Shown: one piece after another, positions 17,895-26,183 of the stretch
How positions within the stretch are numbered: the first letter of the stretch is position 1
Layout of the letters: each line of letters opens with the position of its first letter
Source: Trichlorobacter lovleyi SZ
Lineage (GTDB): Bacteria > Desulfobacterota > Desulfuromonadia > Geobacterales > Pseudopelobacteraceae
Direction: 5' to 3'
NCBI RefSeq assembly: GCF_000020385.1
Contig: NC_010814.1
Span: 3,660,001-3,692,000, forward strand
DNA: 32,000 bases
Made by a program: the position numbers and the translations under genes
Notes under the pieces: generated by a model
The model's input: only the letters and a program-made list of their open reading frames with translations
Databases searched by the model: none
Told to the model about the DNA's origin: nothing

Positions 17895-18964
17895 TGCGGC
17901 AGTTTGATCTGCAGACGGGCTGGCCATGGCTTAGTGGCATCAAGCCGCACCCAGGCCACGCCGGGAAGTCCGGTCTTGACCTGGGTGATATGTTTTTTTA
18001 GCAACTCTACAGGAATCTGGGCCCTGATGCGGAACATCAGCTTTTCCCGTTCGCTGGTTGTTTCCACGGTTTTCGGAGTAAATTGGGCTACGTCGGCAAT
18101 AAAGGATGCCTTTGCCGGTATCACATACTGGGGAGCGGCATCCAGTACCAGCCGCACCTCACTGCCCAAGGCTACCTTGCCAGCCGCAGCCGTGGGTAGG
18201 AAAAAGGTCATGTAGACATCACTTAAGTCAACCAGGCTCAACACCCGGCCACCGGCGCCGACCACCTCGCCCAGCTGGGCCACCTTGTACTGCACCCGGC
18301 CGTCGCGGGGAGCTTTGAGGGCACTGTCCCGGATATCAGCCTGAATCCGTTCCGTATTTGCTTTTGCTGCACCAACAGCCGACTGCGCCCCAGCGATCTG
18401 GCTACGTGCCGTTATGATGGTTGCCTCGCTGGCGGCAATCTGAGCGCGAACCGCGTTTACTACAGCTTCTGCGCTTCTGAGCTGGGCACGATCATCATCG
18501 GCATCCTGTTGTGCTATTGCCCCATTGCCAACCAGCACTGATGAACGCTTTGCATGCTTGCGTGCTTTGTCAAGATCTGCTTCACGTTGTGCCAGTAACG
18601 CCAGTGCCGCTGATTTTTCACTTTCCCGTTGTGCCAGTTGGCTCTGTGCGGTAACCACCGAACTTTGCGCCTGTTGACGTTGCGCCACCGCTTCCCGGAA
18701 CTGGGCTTCAAGGGTATCGGTGTCCATTCTTGCAACCACCTGCCCGGCGGTCACAAACTCGCCCTCACGAACTAGAATCTCCTTTATTCGCCCGGCTATC
18801 TTGGCGGCAACGTCGATCTCAACCGCCTCTATACGACCGTTGCCGCTGACCAGACCTTCGTCATTGTCATGACGGAGAAACTTCTGCCAGACAACTACAC
18901 CAAGCACGCCTAAAACCAGTATTATTAAAGCCCTGATTAGCCATTTTTTCTGTTGTCCGGTCAT
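17891..18964 (-). CDS. HlyD-family membrane fusion protein (YhiI/YbhG-like)
   Basis: 357 aa with an N-terminal TM anchor, a lipoyl-like hairpin, a long Ala/Gln-rich coiled coil and a beta-barrel domain. GAGGGAGGG lies upstream of the ATG. Confidence 0.87.
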   Translation of the reverse strand: MTGQQKKWLIRALIILVLGVLGVVVWQKFLRHDNDEGLVSGNGRIEAVEIDVAAKIAGRIKEILVREGEFVTAGQVVARMDTDTLEAQFREAVAQRQQAQSSVVTAQSQLAQRESEKSAALALLAQREADLDKARKHAKRSSVLVGNGAIAQQDADDDRAQLRSAEAVVNAVRAQIAASEATIITARSQIAGAQSAVGAAKANTERIQADIRDSALKAPRDGRVQYKVAQLGEVVGAGGRVLSLVDLSDVYMTFFLPTAAAGKVALGSEVRLVLDAAPQYVIPAKASFIADVAQFTPKTVETTSEREKLMFRIRAQIPVELLKKHITQVKTGLPGVAWVRLDATKPWPARLQIKLPQ

Positions 18965-19000
18965 GGGAGCCCTCCCTCATTTCAGGTTCATCGATATTAC

Positions 19001-19006
19001 ATTATA
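19001..19006 (-). promoter_or_regulatory. candidate -10 box (TATAAT) for the HlyD-RbbA-YhhJ operon
   Basis: Perfect TATAAT on the minus strand 37 nt upstream of ATG 18964. No convincing -35 was found. Confidence 0.22.
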
Positions 19007-19022
19007 CTACTAAATTACCTTT

Positions 19023-20048
19023 TTACTCAGGAGCCAACAGATATCCGTTTTTGAATACCGTCAGACAGGCATCAACAATACGGGAGTCATAGGCGCTGCC
19101 GCGCCCCCGTTCAATTTCCTGCAAGGCGCACTCCGCTCCCTTGCCAGGGCGGTACGGCCGGTGGGACGACATGGCTTCAACCACATCAGCAACCCCCACT
19201 ATACGCGCTTCAAGGAGGATATCATCGCCAATCAGCCCTGCTGGATACCCGCTGCCGTCCATCCGTTCATGGTGCTGCTGAACAGCTTGTGCAATGGGCC
19301 AGGGGAACTCTATTTCCTGCAAAATTTCGTAACCGGCTTGTGGATGGGTCTTTATCAGTCCGAACTCCAGATCCGTCAACCGACCAGGCTTGCTCAATAT
19401 CTCGTTTGGCACATACAGCTTACCGATATCGTGGATCATTCCCGCTGTCAGGATGCCTTTAATCTGGTCATAGTCAAAACAGCCCATTTCGATAGCAATA
19501 GTCTTAGCCAGCTGTGCAACCCGCTCTTGATGGCCTGCCGTATAACGATCTCTTTTTTCTATTGCTGTGGCCAAGGCATGAACCGTTTCATCCACCACCC
19601 TCTTCATCTTTTCCAGGCTGCCTTTGAGCGCCGTTTCCAACGTTATTTTCTCTGTGATGTCAAAGAGAATAGCCACGGTACCGATAATACTGTTTTCAGA
19701 ATCAAATAAAGGCGCTGCCGAATAACTGATGCATATAGCCGAACCGTCCCGCCTGGTAGCGCTTAGCGGCATTGAGGTGAATACCTGCTTCTGCAACGTC
19801 TGTCTGCGAAGCTCCTCATATGCCTCCCCGGCATCAGCAGAAAGCACCTTGATTGAACGGCCAATTACCTCTTCTTCCCGATAGCCGGTGGACTCTTCAG
19901 CTGCTTTATTCCAAAATTGTATCTTGCCATCAAGGTCGATGCCAATAATGCCGAGGGGCGAGGACTTCAGCAATGCCGACAGGCCTTGGGTATTCATTCT
20001 GAGATCAGGTTGCCAGATTCCCGTATTTTCAAAATGTTCTATTTTCAT
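19023..20048 (-). CDS. PAS-domain HD-GYP phosphodiesterase (c-di-GMP signalling)
   Basis: 341 aa with an N-terminal PAS domain (IGIDLDGKIQFWNKAAEESTGY), then HD (GMIHDIGK) and HHERMDGSGYP motifs. Confidence 0.88.
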   Translation of the reverse strand: MKIEHFENTGIWQPDLRMNTQGLSALLKSSPLGIIGIDLDGKIQFWNKAAEESTGYREEEVIGRSIKVLSADAGEAYEELRRQTLQKQVFTSMPLSATRRDGSAICISYSAAPLFDSENSIIGTVAILFDITEKITLETALKGSLEKMKRVVDETVHALATAIEKRDRYTAGHQERVAQLAKTIAIEMGCFDYDQIKGILTAGMIHDIGKLYVPNEILSKPGRLTDLEFGLIKTHPQAGYEILQEIEFPWPIAQAVQQHHERMDGSGYPAGLIGDDILLEARIVGVADVVEAMSSHRPYRPGKGAECALQEIERGRGSAYDSRIVDACLTVFKNGYLLAPE

Positions 20049-20075
20049 AGACGCCCCAGAGCTTAACCAGTTCTC

Positions 20076-20207
20076 TTAGTGCTTTAAAAGCAGATAAATC
20101 AGATTTATCGGCCAACCGGGCGACGGTTCTTGCGCCAAATGCCAGATGGCAGTTCCAGCTGCCAGCAGTGCAATGATAATATAAACTACCATTCTCGATG
20201 GTTTCAC
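20076..20207 (-). CDS. possible 43-aa single-TM small protein
   Basis: A GTG at 20207 is preceded by GGAGG at 7-nt spacing. The product is (M)KPSRMVVYIIIALLAAGTAIWHLAQEPSPGWPINLIYLLLKH. It is below the ORF-track cutoff and has no homology evidence. Confidence 0.22.
   Translation of the reverse strand: MKPSRMVVYIIIALLAAGTAIWHLAQEPSPGWPINLIYLLLKH
20093..20109. promoter_or_regulatory. perfect 8-1-8 palindrome GATAAATC-A-GATTTATC, candidate operator
   Basis: Read directly. It lies 45 nt upstream of the HD-GYP start codon in a 222-bp spacer. Confidence 0.3.
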
Positions 20208-20270
20208 TGTATCGCCTCCTGTCTTTCCTTGCCATTCAGTCTGACCTGGTTTCAAAAGTTAGAATCAGGT

Positions 20271-21041
20271 TTACGCTCCGATCACGTTGTAACCACTGTC
20301 CACATAGTGGATCTCGCCGGTAACGCTGCAGGCCAGATCACTACAGAGATACACTGCTGATCGGGCGATATCTCCTTGGGTGATATTACGGCAAAGGGGA
20401 GCCTTTGCCGCAACATGACCAAACACCTGGCTAAAGCCAGTTATACCAAATGAGGCCAATGTACGGACCGGACCTGCAGAAATTGCATTCACCCGAATTC
20501 CTTCACTACCGGCTGCCACAGCCAAATACCGCACCAGGGCTTCAAGTGCCGCTTTTGCCACACCCATGACATTGTAGTTCGGAAAAACCTTTGCAGCGCC
20601 GTAATAACTGAGTGTTAGAACAGCAGTATTTCGTCCCCGCATGACAGGCAATGCTTCTTTCATGATGCCTAGAAGAGAATAGACGCTGATATCCAGCGTG
20701 GCGGCAAACCCTTCACGGCTGGTATTAAGGATAGTTCCCGCCAGTTCACTTTTTTCAGCAAAGGCAACCGCATGGATAATGATATCCAGAGCCCCCCATA
20801 ACACTTCAATTTTACGGAGAACCTCTTTTATCTCTTCATCGTTTGTAATGTTACAGGGATGTATCAGTTTTGCATCCAATGATTCAGCCAACAAACGCAC
20901 CCGCTTCTCATGGGCTTTATCAGCGTAGGTAATGGCCAGTTCCGCGCCTTGTTCATGAAAGGCCTGTGCAATTTCCCAAGCGATACTCTTGTCATTAAGC
21001 ACACCGAAAACAAGCGCCTTTTTACCTTGTAGCAAGAGCAT
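20271..21041 (-). CDS. fabI: enoyl-[acyl-carrier-protein] reductase (NADH)
   Basis: 256 aa with GKKALVFGVLNDKSIAW, the catalytic region SYYGAAKVFPNYNVMGVAKAALE, and RVNAISAGPVRTLA. Confidence 0.92.
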   Translation of the reverse strand: MLLLQGKKALVFGVLNDKSIAWEIAQAFHEQGAELAITYADKAHEKRVRLLAESLDAKLIHPCNITNDEEIKEVLRKIEVLWGALDIIIHAVAFAEKSELAGTILNTSREGFAATLDISVYSLLGIMKEALPVMRGRNTAVLTLSYYGAAKVFPNYNVMGVAKAALEALVRYLAVAAGSEGIRVNAISAGPVRTLASFGITGFSQVFGHVAAKAPLCRNITQGDIARSAVYLCSDLACSVTGEIHYVDSGYNVIGA

Positions 21042-21114
21042 AGAAAGTCACCTCAAGTCTCTCTTCAACGCACCTTAATTCCATGTAACCTGCCTCAGCT
21101 ACAGCATGTTATCA

Positions 21115-22167
21115 TTAAAATCTATAGCCGACGCCGCCCATGATAACGTCGGTATCCCTGTCATAGTTGGTTACAATCCGATTCCAGGAGGCGCGTAAGG
21201 ACCAACGTGATGTAAGATGATAGCTCCCCGTAAGAGTGCTTATTGCTGAGATGACCCGGTCACTGTCCTGATAGTGGTTCGCCTGCTGGTCTATGGCAAG
21301 ATATGCGCCTGCACCAAGACCTAGACTTATTCGTTCATCCATAAAATTCTTGACCACCCAGAGCTGACTGGCCACGCCATCCCGCCTGATCAAACGGTTA
21401 TCTCCCTCGTGGAGCCAGGACAGGGTCCAGTCCAGATAGTTAAGGAGCCTGCGCCGATACTCAATGCTCAGCGCTGTTGAACGTTCAGAGTCAAAACTGT
21501 TGGTGATAGTCCGGCCGACAAGCAACGTTATTTCATTATTACATGTCTGATCCCAACGTTCCTGCCGATCATAAGAAGGTTTTGGCTGGCTTGGTTTGTC
21601 CAGTTGATAGCCGACCCCCACAAGGGCCGACACGGTATTCATCCGACCGAAGGTTTGTATCCAGTTGGCGCGCAGCTGAAAAAGCCAGGGTGTTTCTGTC
21701 CTCAGAATCGACGCAAGGCTGAATGCGGCTCCAAATCCATGTTCATTTGTATAGGCGGTACTGCTGGTTGACGGGACTGTTGTATCAAAATAATAATAGG
21801 GACCAACACCTACTGACAACGCCAGACGCCGCTCAACGACATCCGTATTCATCCATAGTTGCAGAGAATGGCCGTCTCGATGGTGTGCAGGGATATGTCC
21901 TTCGTTCAGATAGGATAGGCTTGCAGTAAAATGTTCGTTAAGTTGTTCTCGGTATTCCAGTTGCCAGGAGTACGACGAATCGTTTTTCTCCACATTCTGA
22001 CTCTGTACCATTCCACCAAGACCAAACAGCTCATCAGCAATGGCCGCAGTAGCCGTGCATTGAAAAAGAAGGACCGTCAGGGCACAGCTCACACCATATA
22101 ACGCGGGCTTGCACAGTCGCAGATGACAAGCGTGCTGGTGAAATAAATTGAGGTTGCTCTCTGTCAT
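21115..22167 (-). CDS. outer-membrane beta-barrel protein with an internal tandem duplication, function unknown
   Basis: Signal peptide ending AIA/DE. There are two homologous ~140-aa halves (residues ~46-189 and ~212-350), each ending in an OMP-type terminal strand (VGVGYQL and GGVGYRF). Confidence 0.6.
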   Translation of the reverse strand: MTESNLNLFHQHACHLRLCKPALYGVSCALTVLLFQCTATAAIADELFGLGGMVQSQNVEKNDSSYSWQLEYREQLNEHFTASLSYLNEGHIPAHHRDGHSLQLWMNTDVVERRLALSVGVGPYYYFDTTVPSTSSTAYTNEHGFGAAFSLASILRTETPWLFQLRANWIQTFGRMNTVSALVGVGYQLDKPSQPKPSYDRQERWDQTCNNEITLLVGRTITNSFDSERSTALSIEYRRRLLNYLDWTLSWLHEGDNRLIRRDGVASQLWVVKNFMDERISLGLGAGAYLAIDQQANHYQDSDRVISAISTLTGSYHLTSRWSLRASWNRIVTNYDRDTDVIMGGVGYRF

Positions 22168-22207
22168 TTGGCTCCCTCGATGTCACTGGTGAGGAAACTT
22201 GCAGCTG

Positions 22208-22762
22208 CTAAAAATTCCAACTGATCCCGATCATATGCATATCGACTCCGGGATTTGGAGTGCAGCTGGTATAGAGTATGCGATTATTCGACAGGTGCTG
22301 GAGACGATAGCTTACCCCAAGCCCCCCCGTAAACCGGTAAGAAAGCCCCACATAGGCACCCCATAAAAGGATACTTCCGAAATCCTGTTGGCCGAACTGA
22401 CGTCTGTCCAGAAGATTGATATTGACGCCCGCCTCCAGCGCTATGCCATTTCCCGGCCTGTTGAAGGAGAGACCTGTTCCTGCTGAACCAATGAAGCCGG
22501 TTTCATTGCCGCCAATCAGAGCCCCAGCTGCTGTGTTTAGCTGAGGTTCCAGGCCCCAACCTGAAGATGTCCGCCAGCTCCAGGGCAGGCCATATACGGC
22601 AAAGACTTCATACTGATGGAAATATTCGCGTTTTGGACCAGCCTGAATACCCAACCGCACACCGGCCTCCTGCCAGTCTGCCTGTACAGTTAGCGCTGCA
22701 AGTGTCACACAAATGTGTATTACGAACAGAATGGTGAACCGCACCCGCTTTCTCTTAAACAT
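22208..22762 (-). CDS. pagL: PagL-like lipid A deacylase / acyloxyacyl hydrolase family outer-membrane protein
   Basis: 184 aa with a signal peptide, a small barrel, the catalytic-type motif YRLQHLSNN (His-x-Ser-Asn), NPGVD and a terminal ...GISWNF. Confidence 0.68.
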   Translation of the reverse strand: MFKRKRVRFTILFVIHICVTLAALTVQADWQEAGVRLGIQAGPKREYFHQYEVFAVYGLPWSWRTSSGWGLEPQLNTAAGALIGGNETGFIGSAGTGLSFNRPGNGIALEAGVNINLLDRRQFGQQDFGSILLWGAYVGLSYRFTGGLGVSYRLQHLSNNRILYTSCTPNPGVDMHMIGISWNF

Positions 22763-22827
22763 AGTGCTGGACCTTTCCGTAAACTACGGTATCTTTGGTT
22801 TTCAGCAGCTCACATCATAGACATCAG

Positions 22828-23638
22828 TCAGTTCTTGGTAATTCGCTCAGAGCTCGCGAGGCGCTTATTGGTTATCAACAGTTTTTTGAATTTTTGTCCT
22901 AATACTGTTGCAGCTGGGTAAAGCGACCCCTCAATCCGTTTCAGCTCGTCCTGTTTTAATAACGCTATGATCTGTCGCTCTCCTTGCCAGAGCTTGATAA
23001 AACGTTCCTCATCAATAAACCAATCAGATTGGTCGCCACGCTTGCTGCCGAATTCAAGCTCCCCCCTGCCCCCAACGACCACGACCCGCTGCCTTGTATA
23101 AAACGGCAGTGATTGTTCATAGCCGAAACTCACCAATACACCCTCTTTTCTCAGCAGTTGTCCTGCCTTTTGGCCCAATTCTCGTGATGATTTTTTTAAC
23201 GCAATCCGCTCCAGCACAAACTGCTGCCCCACCACCTCCAACAGGTAGGAACCACACAAAAGCCCGATGAGCAACAGCACGACACTTTGTTTGCGGGAAG
23301 CCAAAAACACGGTCATAGCCATACCAATAAAGATCAAGCCCAATATCCCACCTGCTGTTGGCGTCAGTATGGCAATTTTCGTAACCAGACGGTTGTCAAC
23401 AGACACCCAGCCCTGACGCACCAATAGCGGAACCAAGGCCGGCAACCAGGAGTAAATCACACACCCAACCGCACCAACTGTCAGCACCACCATCAGGCTC
23501 AGGTTTTCCGCCTTAAATGTTGTTGACGTCTCACCGTTTGCGAGCCGAACAAACATGATGCCAATCAGCATGGCAACCGGCGGGAATATCGGCAAAATGT
23601 AGGGAATCAGTTTTGAGTGTGATGCTGAAAAAAAGACA
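22828..23638 (-). pseudogene. arnT: ArnT-like (GT83/PMT-family) lipid A glycosyltransferase, C-terminal fragment
   Basis: This frame, read from the left direct-repeat copy, gives VFFSASHSKLIPYILPIFPPVAMLIG..., matching the E. coli ArnT block FFSxxKGKLPTYIL, and a C-terminal GELEFG... soluble domain. It is separated from its N-terminal part by the IS element. Confidence 0.85.
23623..23638. repeat. 16-bp direct repeat (target-site duplication), left copy: tgctgaaaaaaagaca
   Basis: Identical to 24968-24983 and immediately flanks the IS inverted repeat. Confidence 0.88.
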
Positions 23639-24967
23639 GCATTGTCCGGTTAGGGACTTGCATGTGCTGGGTATTCTGTTGAAGTTTCTGTTTTTGCATC
23701 GTTTTCATATTCAGCCATCATTTGTATGATTTCGTTGTGTATGGCAATTCTCAGTTCTCTGACACGTTGAATACTGACTTTTTCCTGATGTTCTTCATGG
23801 CAGTAAATGGCCAGTAACAGATAGGTGATCAATCCACCCATAATCTGCGCCATCAAGCCATTGGGACTGCGAGCTATCAGGTGGTACACCTTGAGGTGCT
23901 GCTTCCACCAGCCAAAGAAGATCTCAATGTCCCATCTGAGCTTGTAGATGAGGGCTATTTCTTCAGCTTTCAGGTCAAACCGGTCTGTGGCAACATAGAA
24001 ATCCTTGTTCTCCACCTTGTAGCCGATGACACGAACTGGCTTTTCTGTCTGGTTTTGTCCTTTGGTTCCCAGAAGGCATTCTACGTCCAGAAAGACATGG
24101 CTGCCTTCAAGAAGTTCCCGCTCTTTCAGAACCGTCTTTCTGGTGGCCTTTCTGATACGGCAGACAAAGTGTTTCTCAGCCTCCTGCCACTCATCGAAGT
24201 TCTTGTGGCACTGGTAGTAGCGATCCATAACGCCGGTCTGCCCAGACTTCAGGATCTTGGCAACAAAGGGGCGTTCATCAGCCTTGCCTGCAGACAGAAA
24301 GAGCTTTTCAGGAATGCCTCTATTCAGGTCAAAACCAACATGTACCTTGGCCTTGTGTGCGCCGTCCCGGTAATCAGCCCACTGCATGGAGGCCATGGCA
24401 TCGATCAGTGAGCCGTCAATGCCGATCAGGTCACCCCATTCTGGATGGGCAGCAGGAAGCAACTTCTTTGCCTGGCCTTGCAGATAGTGATACATCTCGA
24501 TCAACTGCTGCACCCCACGGGTATTCATGGCCTCAAAAAAGGCGCCCCGACTTACCCCTTCGGGTGGTGCAATATGGTCCTTGGCAAAAGCATCTTGATC
24601 GAGCACCTGCAGTAACTCACGTCCTGACTGGTGGTCGTGAAGATGGAACCAGGTAAGTGAAGACAATTGGTGTTCAAAGGTAAAGGTCAATGGGCGGTTA
24701 CTCCTTGATTTCAGAGGTGTCAAAGAGGGTAACCCATCAACCAGCGGTTTGAATAGTCTTGAGTACACAAGCGGCTTTCCATGACGGCAGAATGGTCTGA
24801 AATGACGTGGCATACACAACCTCGCAATATCAATATCTTACGAGGTGGCGGCGCGCCGATTTTGCACTCAAAGTCAAGCAAAATGTACTTCATCATACTA
24901 TTTTTATTGATGTTTTAAAGAACCATTCTACTGCCGTGCTTATGAATGCATATTTCTAACCGGACAC
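23639..24967 (-). mobile_element. IS4-family insertion sequence (about 1.33 kb)
   Basis: Imperfect terminal inverted repeats share the TGTCCGGTTAG core: left 23639-23662 (gcattgtccggttagggacttgca), and right 24947-24967 (reverse complement gtgtccggttagaaatatgca). It carries a single DDE transposase ORF, is flanked by a 16-bp direct repeat, and interrupts the arnT-like gene in frame. Confidence 0.87.
23650..24819 (-). CDS. IS4-family DDE transposase
   Basis: 389 aa with candidate DDE residues in IGIDGS and GVMDRYY, and the IS4 Y-2-R-3-E-6-K signature YKLRWDIEIFFGWWK. The stop codon lies within the left inverted repeat. Confidence 0.88.
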   Translation of the reverse strand: MCMPRHFRPFCRHGKPLVYSRLFKPLVDGLPSLTPLKSRSNRPLTFTFEHQLSSLTWFHLHDHQSGRELLQVLDQDAFAKDHIAPPEGVSRGAFFEAMNTRGVQQLIEMYHYLQGQAKKLLPAAHPEWGDLIGIDGSLIDAMASMQWADYRDGAHKAKVHVGFDLNRGIPEKLFLSAGKADERPFVAKILKSGQTGVMDRYYQCHKNFDEWQEAEKHFVCRIRKATRKTVLKERELLEGSHVFLDVECLLGTKGQNQTEKPVRVIGYKVENKDFYVATDRFDLKAEEIALIYKLRWDIEIFFGWWKQHLKVYHLIARSPNGLMAQIMGGLITYLLLAIYCHEEHQEKVSIQRVRELRIAIHNEIIQMMAEYENDAKTETSTEYPAHASP

Positions 24968-25927
24968 TGCTGAAAAAAAGACAAAGATGAAGGTAACCCA
25001 GATAAATAAAAAGAATCGTGGGTCCGTCTCTCCCTGAAAGCGGGTCTGCAGACCATGCCAAAGCGCTCTGAAGGCATAGAACGACCAGGGCAACATGGTA
25101 AGCAGAAAGATAGGGACAAAAAACCATAACGGTTGATAGCGACCATGGGCTGTGGTCAGAAATCGCTCAAAATGTTCATGTACAAAGAAGAATTTTGCAA
25201 AATCAGGGTTTTGCTGCGACACCAAGATGAACCAAGGTGATGTCACCACAACCAGCAACAAGATTCCGCCAGGGAGATTCATCTCGCGCAGCAGATGCCA
25301 GGAACGGTTAAACATCAGATATAACAGGATAATGCAGGCAGGGAACAACACGCCTATCAACCCTTTTGTGAGTACGGCCAGTCCACAGAAGAGATAGAAA
25401 AGATAGTAATACATTTTCTTACGTTGGTGCTTATATGATGCAATCATAAAACTGCAAAGTGCAGCAGTCAGGCAGAATGTTAGCGTCATATCGGTCAGAT
25501 TGATACGCGATTGCACCACAAATCCGGTAGATGCACCTAATACAATTGCCGAGTTGATTGCCTCACTGCGCCCCCAAATGGCACGTACCGTACCGTATAC
25601 CAGCAGGACCGTCATTAAACCCGCCAGAGCACCTGGAAGGCGCGCAGCAAACTCATTCATTCCAATAAGCTTCAGCGACAGTGCTGTCAGCCAATAATGG
25701 AGGGGTGGTTTTTCAAAGTAGGCGACGTAATTGAGAGTTGGCGTAATAAAGTCGCACCGTTCAAGCATTTCCCGAGGGATTTCTGCATAGCGACCTTCAT
25801 CTGGCTCAATCAGCCCAATCCGTCCCAGCAGCAAAAAAAAGGCACTTCCAAAGACTGAACAAACAACTAAAAGGTCACTCCAAACCGGATAATTACGTGC
25901 AAACAAATATGATTTGATCACTTTCAT
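24956..25927 (-). pseudogene. arnT: ArnT-like (GT83/PMT-family) glycosyltransferase, N-terminal fragment
   Basis: PDEGRYAEIPREML and YFEKPPLHYW match the ArnT blocks PDETRYAEISREML and YFEKP, along with NPDF...FFVHEHFERF and PLWFFVP. The reading frame runs 3 codons into the IS (..FFSA-VSG-stop). Confidence 0.87.
24968..24983. repeat. 16-bp direct repeat (target-site duplication), right copy
   Basis: tgctgaaaaaaagaca, identical to 23623-23638. Confidence 0.88.
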
Positions 25928-25943
25928 TGTTACACCATCTTCG

Positions 25944-26171
25944 TTAGCTGTTTAAATTTTTGGTGCTACATCCAATTGCCTGTTCGTTAAACCCGTAAGC
26001 CTTTCTGACCACATAGCGTGGGCGCTTACGTACTTCCTGATAGATACGTCCTACATACTCACCCACAATGCCGATCCCGAAGATAACGATGCCAATGAAG
26101 AAAAGCAGGATAGCAAACAGGGTAAAAACGATTTCTCCGTTGCTGCGCCCAAAGGCCGCCAGGATGGTCAT
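25944..26171 (-). pseudogene. C-terminal remnant of an ArnC/DPM1-like GT2 polyprenyl-phosphate glycosyltransferase
   Basis: 75 codons holding only the last TM helix and the tail GEYVGRIYQEVRKRPRYVV (ArnC: GEYIGRIYTDVRARPRYFV). The catalytic GT-A domain (~250 aa) is absent, and the frame is closed immediately upstream by TAG. Confidence 0.7.
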
Positions 26172-26183
26172 ATGCTAGTCCCC

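Noticed and set aside
20029-20235. A 68-aa minus-strand ORF overlapping the HD-GYP start.
   Set aside because: It has no ribosome-binding site, a Cys/Arg-rich odd composition, and overlaps the start of a well-supported gene.
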